Assembly (NCBI RefSeq): GCF_036321535.1
Contig: NC_087436.1
Span: 87,546,001 to 87,610,000 of the forward strand
Source: Camelus dromedarius
Taxonomy: Eukaryota
Direction: 5' to 3'
DNA: 64,000 nt
Shown here: one piece after another, positions 40,833 through 52,735 of the stretch
Layout of the letters: each line of letters starts with the position of its first letter
How positions within the stretch are numbered: the first letter of the stretch is position 1
Program-made: the position numbers and the translations under genes
Notes under the pieces: model-generated
Told to the model about the DNA's origin: nothing
The model's input: only the letters and a program-made list of their open reading frames with translations
Database searches by the model: none

Positions 40833-41145
40833 CACGGTGGCGATGTAGATGATCCGCTGCACCGTCTCGGCTTTGTCGATGCAGCGCCGCAGGAGGCACT
40901 GCGCATCCAGGCGGGCCTGGGAATAGGCATCGCTGAAGCGGGACAGCAGGGCAGCCTTGCGCGCCACGTTGGACAGCTTGGCGCGATTCGGGGACGGGCT
41001 CCTGACCTTCGCGACTGCGGTGGAGGGGCTGGCGGACCGGCTGCGGCTGCGGCTGCGGCTGTGGCTGCGGCTGTGGATCTGGCTGCGGCCGCGGCTCTGG
41101 CTGCGGCTGCGAGGGGCAGGGCTAGGAGACCGGCTCCTGGCGGAC
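40833..41145 (-). CDS. SPATA18: SPATA18 coding exon 7 (313 nt; RS-rich tract and start of the conserved C-terminal domain)
   Basis: Translates [15 protein letters not shown]...[46 protein letters not shown], inside ORF 40578..41159. Acceptor ccacAG, donor GTACGT; phase 2 to 0. Confidence 0.97.
41034..41111 (-). repeat. Coding degenerate (CGCAGC)n hexamer repeat, 13 units
   Basis: Encodes [26 protein letters not shown] within exon 7. Confidence 0.9.
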
Positions 41146-41329
41146 CTGTGGGTGAGCAAGAATCAGGCAGGAAGATCTCTGATTCCCTTCTCTCTCCCGT
41201 TCTTGGACTTTTCGATACTTCGCCCCTCATAAGCCAGAAGCCATGGGAGCAAGGAGAGTACGCCTCCTTGGTCTTCACAAGGTCTCAGATAGGATCGCAA
41301 ACAAGAAACAATACTCTGCATTTGCCTGG

Positions 41330-41550
41330 TGCATTAGAATTTATAACACACTTTCATTCACTCAGCACATCAACGTATCCTTCAAGCAACCCTCTAAGGT
41401 GAGCATTGATTGTTGGCCATTTTACAGATGAGAAACTTGAGGCTCAGAAGAGTTAAGGGGGCCACCCTAGAGTAACACAGCTAGCAAGAGCCAGAGGTAC
41501 AGAAGTCAGATTTTCAGTATTTCTTACCCTAACTTTGGGCTACTAACACA
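41330..41550 (-). mobile_element. MIR SINE
   Basis: ccattttacagatgagaaacttgaggctcagaagagttaag...acacagctagcaagagccagag. Confidence 0.8.
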
Positions 41551-41884
41551 TCACTGAGCTTTATGGTATAAAATGAGATAAATGCTGCTTGAACAATGAG
41601 AAAGAAAATCTGTGCTCTCCTTCCAGAGCAGTGGGACCATTTGCAATCATTTCTCCTCTCCAGATCCCCCATTTTCACCTACATAATGTTTGCCCGATTT
41701 CAGGATAGTAGTGAAAGGTCAAGTGAGCTAATATATGTGGAAGTACTTAGTGAATCACAAAGCACTGTGTCAGTGAAACGTATACTCCTACCACGTACAA
41801 AGGGAATTGTCAGACTAGCTAGCCCAGAAGGAAGGGGCTGTCAAAATGGGGAGTTTCATAGAAGAAACTATGGGGCAAAAGGTA

Positions 41885-42088
41885 GTGCAAATCAGACTCT
41901 CTGAAGGTGGGAGGGGAAAAAAAAAAAAGCCCTCATATACAGCGTTTGCCAATTTCCATGGTGCAACAAATACTCCCAACATAGCCAATTTCAAACTACC
42001 AATGTGGTATCACTGAACTCAGAGTTAGGTAGAAATGCCCAGAATCAGTTCTCAGAAGCCAGTACAAGCTGGCACCAGCACAACACTG
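41885..42088. mobile_element. MER63-like hAT DNA transposon
   Basis: agcgtttgccaatttccatggtg...aatttcaaactaccaatgtg...agccagtacaagctggcaccagcacaacactg. Confidence 0.7.
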
Positions 42089-42801
42089 ATGGGGTTATTT
42101 CCAAAAATGAAAGACTTAGGTGACATTTAGGGGATTGGAGGCCAGGAGGAGTAGGAGTGGTTTTGATAGCCTGAATCGGGGCACACTGTGGGGCTGGGAG
42201 GGTAGGGGAAGAGGGAAGGTGTTAGAAAGAACCAGGAAAATGCAGAGACTCCAAAGAGAAACATCCTGCTTTGTCCTCACTTAACACTGAATGAATGACC
42301 TGTCTTAACATTCTGTCCATCAATAGAAGGGAATTTCACAAGAACACTTACCTACACTATCAAACAAAGTGAGATTTTTAAAAAGGGAAATATCCTACAG
42401 TAAAATGACAGTCGATCATCCCCGGAGAGAGGACTCCTAGGCCTCAGAGAACAGGACCCTCATATGATGGAACAGTCTTTCAACATGGGTACCACCTTTT
42501 GCATCATAAAGTGCTCAAATCTAGTATCAAGCCAAAGAACTTTCCTTTGCATGTCTCAGTTTCATTCCTTAAACTTCAATATCAACCTGAAATTAACTAG
42601 TGCCCAAGTATTGTCAATCTAAGCAGTGTTTTCTCTCTGGAAAGGTGCAGTTAAAGAAAACAATCCCTTTACAATTCAAAGCTTCCCTAATGTTGGGGTT
42701 TGGGTTCAGGAAGTCATTTTACTTTTTTTCCCAAGCCAAGTTTTTATCACTAACTCAGCAAAAGGGGCTTAAATGAAGAGATCTGTGAGAATTTGTCAGA
42801 C

Positions 42802-43041
42802 CTTCCTTGGAGTATAGATTTTTCAGCAGACAGAACAGCTATCTCGTCCTTCAGCGTTCGGAGCTGTTTCTCATAATTGTTTATCGTTTCTGCGTTGCGC
42901 TGGTCTACATTCCGTCTGTCGGCGCCCATCGGCTCCGAGTCCCGCAGCTCCACTCTCTTACGCTCGGAGCCCCGCTTCCCTGAGCTCCTATGCTCTGAGT
43001 GTCTGTGGCGGGAGTCCTCCTGGGCTTGAAGAGATTTAAGC
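42802..43041 (-). CDS. SPATA18: SPATA18 coding exon 6 (240 nt, coiled-coil)
   Basis: Translates [26 protein letters not shown]...[24 protein letters not shown](R), inside ORF 42750..43118. Acceptor gttcAG, donor AG|GTCTGA; phase 2 to 2. Confidence 0.95.
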
Positions 43042-44627
43042 CTGAACAACAACAACAAAAAAAATGTTTGAAAGAAAAGAGAGGGAGGGAGGGAGGGAGG
43101 AACAGTAACAAACCTCAATTGGCATACTTAACGAGTCTACTCTACTTAGCCTGCCATTCCTGCACTGCAGCTCGATGGAAATGCATAGAAACCAACACAA
43201 ATTGAGAAAGAGCAGAATTGTCAGGGTCAGGATGCCACTTCATGTCTGCAGTTACATGGGAAAAGCCTCCTGAAGAAAAGGCAGGAGTGCAAATCCTCTA
43301 GCCAAAGCAGAGCGGGCAGAGTCAAAGCAGAGTCATCCTATTCTGTATTGGACTGCTTCACTGTGCAAGACTCTGAAAGCATGTGACCTCCAAAACCTAG
43401 TCCAGAAGCTGGTCAAAGATATAACCTATTCTCACACACTCAGATTCGCTGAACCAGTGGGATATTGGGGCGGGGGACCTACAATGGAAACTGAATTACA
43501 TCCACAATAATAGGCAGACATGTGGACTTACAAAAATAAGGTACTACGGAAACAAGCAAAGCTTTATAAACAAAATTGGCATCCTCATTAATACAAAGAG
43601 ACATAGCCATGGTAAAAGGGAGCAAAAGCCATAAGAGAACATGCTGTGATGAAAATGACAATGGTGTAAGAAGACAAGGGAAGGGGTAAGATTAAGAAGG
43701 ATGTAGAAAAGCTAAAAATGCAATAGCAGAATTAAAAGCTGCGCTAGAAATAGTGAAGAACAGAATTGGTGCTATAGGGAATTGCTGAGTAATATGATTA
43801 AAGAATTTGAAGTGCTATATCAAACAGGAGATAAGAGGGTAAAATGATGATGAGAGGGGAGTTAGAAGTGGAAAGCAGAACATCACTCCAAGCTAAAATT
43901 TATGGGTGTTCTGGAAGAAATCAGAATAATTAGAACATGTATAAAGGCAATAGAAAGGTATTTTCTATTAAATATATATGTATGTATTTTATTACAACTC
44001 CCATTTGCTCTTTTTTAAGGGAAAGATAAAAGTTAAGATTAAGAAAAGTATAACCTTAAAGGATCAGTATTTTTTTCCCTTCCAGAAATTTATCTTTAAA
44101 GAATAATCTGAAATTTAAACTAAGATTTGCCACAAAAATTATCACAATGTTATTTCCAATGTTGAAAATTGGCATCAAAGTAACTATCCAGCGTTAGAGA
44201 AATACCCAAATGCGGAAATATGATGTACCTATTTAAAAATCAAGCTCTGCTTTATTCTTGTTTAAATAGTGTTAAATGAAAAAAAGAGTCTAAAATTTAT
44301 ACTCATATTTTGTTGTCTTAACTTTAACGTTAAGACTAATTTTTAGTGTACAAATTAGAAGAAATATCAAATGGTGACAGTAACTGACTCTGAAATTATG
44401 AGGGGTTTTAGGTTTCTTTCTACTATGTTGGGCTTTGAAGATTTTCTGTAGTAGATAGGTATTGTTTTTGTAGTAAGAAAAATATATAAAACACTAATAA
44501 AAATATTGCTGTCTTTCTTCTTTGATTGTGAACAGCTTCTTTCATTTTGTAATGGAGCACCCAAAAAAAGCTAAATTCAAAGATTAATCAGCAGGCTGCA
44601 ATAATCCTGTCATTTTTTTTTTCTTAC

Positions 44628-44723
44628 TGCTTTCTTAGCTGATTTATTTCCTCCTCTGCAGCCAAAAGGGATATGGCCGATCTGTTCTTGGTTTCTTCAA
44701 GAGTCTTTTCAGTTTCAGCCAGA
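44628..44723 (-). CDS. SPATA18: SPATA18 coding exon 5 (96 nt, coiled-coil)
   Basis: Translates LAETEKTLEETKNRSAISLLAAEEEINQLRK(Q). Acceptor ttacAG, donor GTAAGA; phase 2 to 2. Confidence 0.97.
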
Positions 44724-45799
44724 CTGTAAGAGAAATCAGTAACTAAAGACAGATTTTCCAAAATTGGCAGACCTTCTAAATCAAAGCATAGGTTCTCTCG
44801 GGAGCTTTTGCCATATGATATAAATTCAACATAAACAAGATCAAATTATAAGACATCTGCATACAATCAGATGATATTACAAATATTATGGAGCACTGGT
44901 ATGCAAAAACATGCTAGCATCTTGCATCTTTTCTTGATGTCAAACACAAAGAAAACAGAGCTACTATCCCTAAAAGGCTATGTAATAATTACTGATATTA
45001 GAAAGTAAAGGACAAAGAAACTTGTTCAGTTTCTTCTTTCTCACCCTTCTACTTCATCTGCTGTAATCACATAAAATCCCCAGGTTGTCTCTCTATATAA
45101 AATTTCCATTTTTCTGTAATAAACTAATAATCTATTCTTATTACTATGCACTGTAGAACTGCATTTGACTTAATTTTCCCAGACTTACTGAATATAAAAA
45201 AATTATTTTCCTGCCTATAAAGTCATCCACTCCTACACTTGACTACCAAGTATTTCGCATCTTTCTGCCTCTAACTTCCACAACTAATTGAGCACAGTTT
45301 TCCTCAGTTTTCAACCTAGTTTGGTCACTGTTAGTTTCAAGGACTCTCTTCATTATAGGCAAATCATAATAAACCATACTATTTCTTTAGGTTTCTCTAA
45401 ATTAGAAAAAAAAAATGAGGTGATGGATGATAATGAATGAAGACCAATAGTTCTCAAGGAAGTTATCCTAGTATGGTGACAGATCATGGGTTGGTAAAGG
45501 TTTCTTGACTTCTCTGACCCTACATCCTTGAGGGAACACCCAGGCACAGTAGTTCTGAGGCTAAAAGATAATGGCTGCTATCCAAACTCACACCATTCGT
45601 CCTCCTTACACTGGGATGGAAAAAGGGCAGGTTGAACACTGGTCTCCCCTACAGAGTGAGGCAGATTGAGAAATAATGGGCTAGCAGGATCTCTATCAAA
45701 TCCCCACAGATCCCAGCCAATCAGACAATACAAGAGATAGTGTGAGTTTCCCAAATTCCATCTCATCCTCTTCTCCTCCTCTAACAAATGCCCACTCAT

Positions 45800-46022
45800 C
45801 CAATGAGTGCCTCTCCAAAGGCCACACAAAGCTTGCCTCCCCTTCTGAGCTCCTCCAACACGTGTTCATATTTACAATCTCATTACACACACACTGTGAA
45901 CTACTTGAAGGCAAAGACTTTACTTTATTCATCTCTTTATCCCCAGCACCTAAAACAATGCTTATCATATAGTTTTTTTTAACCTGAAAAATGAATGCAT
46001 GAATGCATGAATGAATGAAATG
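45800..46022 (+). mobile_element. L2 3' end
   Basis: actgtgaactacttgaaggcaaagac...tctttatccccagcacctaaaaca...tgaatgcatgaatgaatga. Confidence 0.75.
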
Positions 46023-46394
46023 TCTCAAGTCTAAAAGAAAACCAAAGTAGCAATAACTTCACGATAGGGCTACTGGAGGTTGAAGGGAAATTGCTGTGAT
46101 TTAATTGCAATGTGAATATGTTATAGTTTTTTAAAGTGTATATTGGAAAATGAGCATTTTTATCAAGAAAATTGTGGAAAATTAAAAGAAGAAAATAGAT
46201 CAGGAAAATAAGAAGAGAATGAATAGTAATCTTTTTTTTTCTCTCAAAGCATGGCATACGTGTGTGAGCACATATACATACAAGCAAACATCTATGCTAA
46301 TTTGGCCCCCTTGGGTGACAGAGAGAAAGGGGGTATATTCATGTGACAAGCATTGTTTTTAGCAGGCTAACATATTTTATTTATTTTTTATTAT

Positions 46395-47160
46395 GGATTT
46401 ATTCATCCATTGAACAAATTATTGAGAATTCACTAGGTGCCAGGCATGATGCTGGGGGCTGGAGATAACAACAGTGTCAGGACAGCATCCCAGAACGGTA
46501 ATCCTTCAGAGCTTCCGGTCTAGTGGGTCATAAATAGGCAAATTTTTCAAGGTTCCAAATTGTTGTAAATGCAGTTCTTAAATTATAGTGAAAGAAATTA
46601 AAGGAAGGGAAGAGGAAAGATCGTTCAACGTATAGTGGTCACAGACTCTGAGGAAGTCACGCTTAAACGGAGACCTGAAGGACCAGAAAAAGGCAGCCAT
46701 GCCAAGAGCCGGCGGAAGGCTTCAGTTTTTCTGAAAGCGCATGCGCAAGGGCCTCAAGGTGAGGAAGTAGACGGTCAACTGGGTGAGGGGAGCTGGGCCG
46801 GCGATGAGGGTGGAGGGCGCGGTAGGACCAGGTAACGCAGGGCTGGGAGAATCCTGGGAAAGAATTTAGAAATTTTGTCTAAGTATAGAAGGAAGCTCCT
46901 AACAGCTTTTAAGCCAGGGGATGACTTGACACGGCACAAAGATATCTATATTTGCAATGTAGAAAGTGGATTGTACTAGAGCAAAAACTGAAACAGGGAA
47001 GCCAGCTGGAAAATTGATTAAGACAAGAGGTAACAGAGGCTTGACCAAGGGCAATGGTGGGAGAATAGAAAGTAAGGAATGTGTGTGGGAGACGTTTAGG
47101 AGGTAGATTCCATTGGATGTTCTTATAGATCAGATATAGGAAATGAAGACAAGTGAGATT
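46395..47160 (-). mobile_element. L2 LINE remnant in intron 4
   Basis: attcatccattgaacaaattattgag...ctctgaggaagtcac...gagacctgaagga...ttttaagccagggg...ggcttgaccaagggcaatggtgg. Confidence 0.75.
46737..46747. promoter_or_regulatory. NRF1 palindromic motif GCGCATGCGC(A) in a CpG-rich patch
   Basis: Exact core match to the NRF1 consensus, with nearby GGAA ETS cores. Function is unproven. Confidence 0.55.
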
Positions 47161-49102
47161 TCTAACCAGGTCCAGACACAAAATCCAGTGGTCTACCCTT
47201 GTCTAGGGTTTGTCCCACCTACACAGACCTGTCCCCATTCAGCACTCTACCGAAATCTGCATCTTTGGAACTGAGTCACAGCCAAACTGGTCTCCACGAG
47301 GTTAGACATGGGAACCTCCTTGGGTGGGCAACTCATTCTACAGTAGGTAGCACCCTGGCTTTAGAGACAGGTAGGCTGAGTAGGAGAAGGAGGAGAGATC
47401 TGGCCACTATAGAACATGGGGAATAGCCTCCATCACTTCTGATGCCTTAAAAAATAGAAAATGAACCACACATGGGTTAAAAGCAACCCAAAACAAAAGT
47501 AGGAAATTCAAGGAAAAGCAACAAGTAACTTCCTGTGTGCAACTTTCAAATGATGGGTGGTTTAAAAAAAAAAAGCATGCAGTCATAGTTTTGGGTCCAT
47601 GATGCCCCTGGTGGGTAACTACAGAGCCACAGTGACAGGAGAGGAAGGTAGGAATTCCTGGCTCCTGTGGGTGCTGATTGAAGTCAAGAACCAGCAAGGT
47701 CTCGAAGCTTTGCCTGACAAGCAGAGGCAAATGGAGACAGCAGCAGGGGTCACTGAATGTCCCCAGGAAACTCAACCAGACAAGCTACAACTCAGCACCC
47801 ATCAGCACAAGACGTTAGTGCTCAGGTGGGACGGAGGCAGCAAGAACCCAGAGGGCAGCACCAGACCAAGAGTCCCTCTCCTCCAGCACCCGGAGAGCGT
47901 GCAAGCATTCTCCACCAATAGATGCCAGTCTATGGAAGGAGAAGGGCAATGAAGCCCCTTGGGAGGGCAAACACAGCCTCTAACAGAAGTTTGAGCTTGG
48001 AATTAATGGAATATATACACAAAAGGAACTCTGCTAGACCCAAAAAGAAGTGGCAGATTTAAAGATCCTCCTTAGCCCTCTCCAAATCAGGTGACATTCA
48101 TTGAAATAAGTCATAGAACTTCAGAGGAATTATGCTTTTTGCACATCACATTTATAAATCTTGACTGCTGCTGCTATTAAACCACCCATTGACCATGGCT
48201 CCAATTGGAAAAATGAATGAGGGTGTGTAGAAGTAACTCTGTGTGTGTGCGTGTACACATGCTCCCACACACAAGGAAAAATGTCTGGAGTAAAATACGC
48301 CAAAATGTTAACAGGCATGAGATAATGGATGATTTTCATCTTTATGCTTTTATTTGTTATATGCATTTTGAGAAGGAAATGTGCACTACTTTTATAATAA
48401 ATCAATCAATTAAGATGTTTTCCTTAGAAGGAAATCTCTTCAGAGAACAAGGCCAAATGCCACACCCTCTTCCATCACAAGCCGTGACTAGTTAAAAAAG
48501 AAGCCCTGGCTGTCCTCTCCATGTCAGCCTTGGGGCAGAGCTGTGGCAGGAAAAAATCTTGCTGACGGACTTTTGTGACATATGTTGAAAGCAGTTGTAT
48601 CACATTTGTCTATCTGCCTCAAGTCCAAACCCAAAGTTTGCAATTTTCTTTGCAGTGATTCCTGGAGCTTGCTGCCCTGTCTTTGCATGTAGCATACATC
48701 TGACATCCATGCCTGGTATTGCTTAACTGTTTTGAAATATATTTTTTTATATCTAACAGTTATTCCAAAATTTTGATTTGTTCTTGATCAGGCGTATCTA
48801 CCCCCATCAGAGACAATCGATGGAGAGATGCAGCCTGCTTCGTCTTACTTTTGCTATATTTCTCTTAGTTTTCCTCTTTACCTGATCCTTCACCCTCTTT
48901 AACACTCCCCCTTCTGCATCTTTTCCTTTTTCCTCCCTCAAGATAGCTTATCGATGCAACGATCTTTCTCTTTTATAAATATGGGCTGATAGTGGGTATG
49001 GAGAAGAAATGGCCGCAGAAATGGAGCCAAGGGAACCAGGGTCTTAGGGATCATCATATAATATAGAAATCCTGTTCCCAAATTCAAAGACACTGACTCC
49101 CA

Positions 49103-49137
49103 ACACACACACATACACACACACACACACACACACA
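49103..49137. repeat. (CA)n microsatellite
   Basis: Read directly; one TA interruption. Confidence 0.95.
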
Positions 49138-49258
49138 TCATATTACTTATTTACAAACGTCTACATTTTCCATGAGCCACTATTCTCCTTTCAAACTTAA
49201 CAATTAAGTTAAGAACAAGCAATTCTTTTGGGAAGAAGATAACTTGCATTCCTCTTAC

Positions 49259-49371
49259 TCGTCTTGAACCTGGTTGAGTTGACTACGTGTTGAGTTCAAG
49301 TCAGAGTCTAATTGTTGTAAGTCCCGATCCCGAAAACCAGACTCTTTGTGTCTCTCCTTATCAAACGTGTC
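49259..49371 (-). CDS. SPATA18: SPATA18 coding exon 4 (113 nt)
   Basis: Translates DTFDKERHKESGFRDRDLQQLDSDLNSTRSQLNQVQD(D). Acceptor ttccAG, donor GTAAGA; phase 0 to 2. Confidence 0.96.
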
Positions 49372-49399
49372 CTGGAAAGACACACAAATCAAAAGGTAG

Positions 49400-49720
49400 T
49401 CTCAACACATGAAACCATGTGGACAGATTGCAAAAACATCATGCTGGGCAAAAGAAGTCAAGCCCCAAAGAGCACATAATGTATAGTTCCATTTACATGA
49501 AGTTTGGTGCAGGCAAAATTAACCGAGAGTGATAAAAATCAGGAGTGGTTGACCTGCGGGTGGAGGGAGGGGACTGGGAAGTGGCACAAGGGGATGCTCC
49601 AAAGAGATGCAAACACTTCTCATCTTCGTAGAGGTGTGTTACATGGATATATCCATTTGTAAAAATTCATCAATCTGTGGTTTTCACTGAAAGTAAATTA
49701 TACCTCAGATTTTTTTTAAA
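49400..49720 (+). mobile_element. Ancient L1M 3' end fragment
   Basis: aaacatcatgctgggcaaaagaagtcaag...atgtatagttccatttacatgaagtt...gtaaattatacctca. Confidence 0.75.
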
Positions 49721-50767
49721 AGACATTGAAATATCTTACATCTTTATACTCAGAATAACACCTACAGGGGGTAAAAATCTAAGAAGTATATGAAAATTCT
49801 TATGTCAAAAAGTTGGTTTAATAACGACTTACGTCTATGGAACACTTACCTCATGTAAGTTGTTTCCCATGTTTATCATATTTAACTGTCACAATGACCC
49901 TGTTAGTTCAGCAGAAGCATTGTCCCCACTTAGCAGATGAGGAAACTGAGACCTAACAGGTTAGACAAACTACCCCGGACCATAGAGGGTGGATTAGCAT
50001 TCTTCGCAGTGATCTCTAACCAGGAATCCTTCAGCCACTGCCTTCATAAGGCTCTCTTGCTTAGAACAGCTTGCTCTAAATGCTTCAATTTTTGGAGGGA
50101 TTTATGTAAATCCATCCAAACACTGATGCCATGCCATAACCATAATGATGCCAGTGCCTTAACCAAAGTACGTTTTCTCTTTCCAGCCTGGTCCTCAACT
50201 GTTAAAACACTGCCACTGTCCCCTGGAAATCATCAATATCAACCACAAATTATGACCCTATTTATCAGTCTACCAGAATTGAGTTTTCTTCTTATCTTAG
50301 AAGTTTCCTATTAGTTTTATTTTTTAAACTCTTTCAGAATACAGAGCTTTCCTCCATCTAACAATCTCTTTCTCTTCTGACCTCTCCGTGGTACCCCATC
50401 TGGATGACTAACTTGTCATTTCAAAGTTACTTTTTAACCTCTAGAGTGGGCCCAGCAATGTCCCAGATGCAGACCACCACCAGGCCCTTTTCACAGCTGA
50501 GGAAGCAGAGGCTCACTGAGTTGCCTAAAGTCATACCACCAATAAGCAAGGAAGGCTGAGATGTTAATACCGATCAGTCTTAAGAGAAAACTCAATCCAT
50601 TATGCCATCTACTACTGTATGTATAGAGACTCACATTTTATACCTGGGTCCCAATTCCCTGACTAGAGTTGAGCCCCTTACTAAGTTAAAAACCATGTAT
50701 TACATATGTTTGATTTCCCAGAGCCTGATTAGATGCTGACGACCTAGGATGCCTTTAGCATCCCTAC

Positions 50768-50883
50768 CTGTAGAGAGGGGACCTTGCTGTCGACAGGTTT
50801 TCCCAGGGAAGCAGCAGTAAAGGAGGCCTCCAGCCAAGGCAAAAGGCGTGATTTGATTGTTTCCACACCATCATAATGTCCTC
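50768..50883 (-). CDS. SPATA18: SPATA18 coding exon 3 (116 nt)
   Basis: Translates (G)GHYDGVETIKSRLLPWLEASFTAASLGKPVDSKVPSLQ. Acceptor ttctAG, donor GTAGGG; phase 1 to 0. Confidence 0.97.
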
Positions 50884-51015
50884 CTAGAAGAATCCACAAA
50901 TCAGGTCAGCGAGAGAAATCCAACCACACCAGTCCAGTCAGAGAGCACAGAGAAGGGACAAAGGAAAGGAAGGGGAGGGGAGGAGAGGGGAAGGGGACAC
51001 ACCAGCCATTCTCAC

Positions 51016-51121
51016 CTTCTTGGGCTGTTGTGGTGAGGATCCCAAAGAGTTGTCCCTGCACTTTGGCAACTTGTTCAATGAGTTCGAGGCAGTGATTTAG
51101 ATTTTGATCACATGAGTTCGT
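51016..51121 (-). CDS. SPATA18: SPATA18/Mieap coding exon 2 (106 nt)
   Basis: Translates [36 protein letters not shown], matching the recalled Mieap N-terminus. Acceptor tttgcAG at 51122-51123, donor GTGAG at 51015-51011; phase 0 to 1. Confidence 0.97.
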
Positions 51122-51239
51122 CTGCAAAGCCAGAACAGTAGATGTCAGTGCAATTCCCTAATTCTGGGACCCACTGTGGGTGGGCAGGCACCTCGCTTTA
51201 CACAAGTGCCACCTGGCTCTGGTACAGTCCCGGGGCAGA

Positions 51240-51585
51240 GACTGCTGTGTGCTCACCAAAACACATTCCCTCTCCTCCCGGCACACAGCTAGACTGCTTC
51301 CCCCAGCTTCCCTGGCAGTTGGTGTGGTCATGAAACCGAGTTCCAATCCATGGGATTGGAAGTGATGTGTGTCTGTCCTGAGAGATGGTCTTCTCTCTCT
51401 TTCTCCCCATCTACTAGCCAAATGCAGAGGACCCAATAGAGGACTCCAAAGGCATAAGGGATAATGGAGCCACAAGCCTTAGAAGGCTCCTAACTGAACA
51501 CTTGAACTATTACATAACCAAGAAAGTTTTTTTGTGGGTACTAAGTCACTGAAATTTGGGGACTGTTTTTATAGCAATAACCCTG
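51240..51585 (+). mobile_element. MLT1-like LTR remnant
   Basis: cttcccccagcttccctggcagttggtgtggtcatgaaaccgagttc...taagtcactgaaatttggggactgtttttatagca. Confidence 0.65.
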
Positions 51586-52504
51586 TCTCCCCACTCAATG
51601 GAACCCTGCAAAAAATCCTTTTATAAAGGGACTCTTCCTTTTGTAACACAATACAAATCACTGTCTCCTAATTTACCCACTTCATTGGTTCTTATCCTCT
51701 ACCTAAGTTCAATAGATACAAAAGAGCACTACTTGTTAACAATAAGAAGGTATTGCTGGGTTGAAGATACAGTGGAGAGTAAGACAAAAAAAGATGGCCC
51801 AGGCCATATGGCGATGCAGACTCGTGGAGGAGAGGCGAGAGCAGTGACTCTGCAGTGGAATAATAAGTCATACTATGGGGATGAGCACAAGGTTACCAAA
51901 GAGCCCGTTATCTTAGAAAGTTAGGGAAGGCTTTGGAGAGGAAGTGCAATCTAGGCGAGAAGAAATTGGGGAGGTTTGGGGAAAGAATTGGCTGGTTCAA
52001 GTGGTTATGGAAAATTCTAAGCAATTTGAACAGAACAGAAGAAGCCAGGAAGTAGACTTTTCAGCTATTTTTCTAGTTTTGTCATCTCGTTGGTAACCTT
52101 TTACCATTTCCTTCGTTAGCCAAATCTTTAATTAATTCTAACTCTAAAGGAACAAACACAACTACAAGTAACAAATCGTGCGGGTGTAAAAACACATAGA
52201 TTCATGTGTCACATGAAGCCATAATGAGGCACTAGGAAGCCCGAGACAGGAAGTGGGGGATAGAAACTAGAACGAAGAAGAAAAGTTTAGATGACCTCTA
52301 GGCAAAAGTCTATAAGTAAAATGCAGATCTGTGTCAGCAAGAGAAATGGTTCAGACGAGCAGTAAGCTCTTGTGGACAGCGGCTGTGCCTGGTCCGTTCA
52401 TTGTTGCATTCCCAGCCCTGCATCCTAGCATCTCTTCTATTCAAACTCAACACATATTGGAAGGATGAATGAAAATGAGATGATTCACCCACTTTGGCTT
52501 TATT

Positions 52505-52735
52505 ACATAGCCTCTAAGTGCCAGGCACTGTTAATGCTTTATGTACATAAACTCAGTTAATCCCCGCAATAGTACTCTAGGGGACAGGAGTATCATTGTC
52601 GTCATCCCCATTTTCAGAAGAGAAAACTGAGACCCAGAGAGGTTAAATAATGTGCCCAAGGTTATTTAGCTAGTAAAAAGTCAGAACTGAGACCTGCTTC
52701 CAGAGCCCACACTCTTAACTACTAAACTGTACTGG
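52505..52735 (-). mobile_element. MIR SINE
   Basis: tgccaggcactg...atccccattttcagaagagaaaactgagacccagagaggttaaataatgtgcccaagg. Confidence 0.8.

Larger units (their letters stand above)
40785..41150. promoter_or_regulatory. Intragenic CpG-island-like segment over exon 7
   Basis: Very high GC and dense CpG compared with the AT-rich flanks. Confidence 0.7.

Noticed and set aside
40642..41402. Long overlapping ORFs on both strands (194, 173, 91 and 68 aa) around exon 7
   Set aside because: Shadow frames of a GC-rich, hexamer-repeat coding exon with few stop codons; the products are low-complexity poly-Ala or LR repeats.
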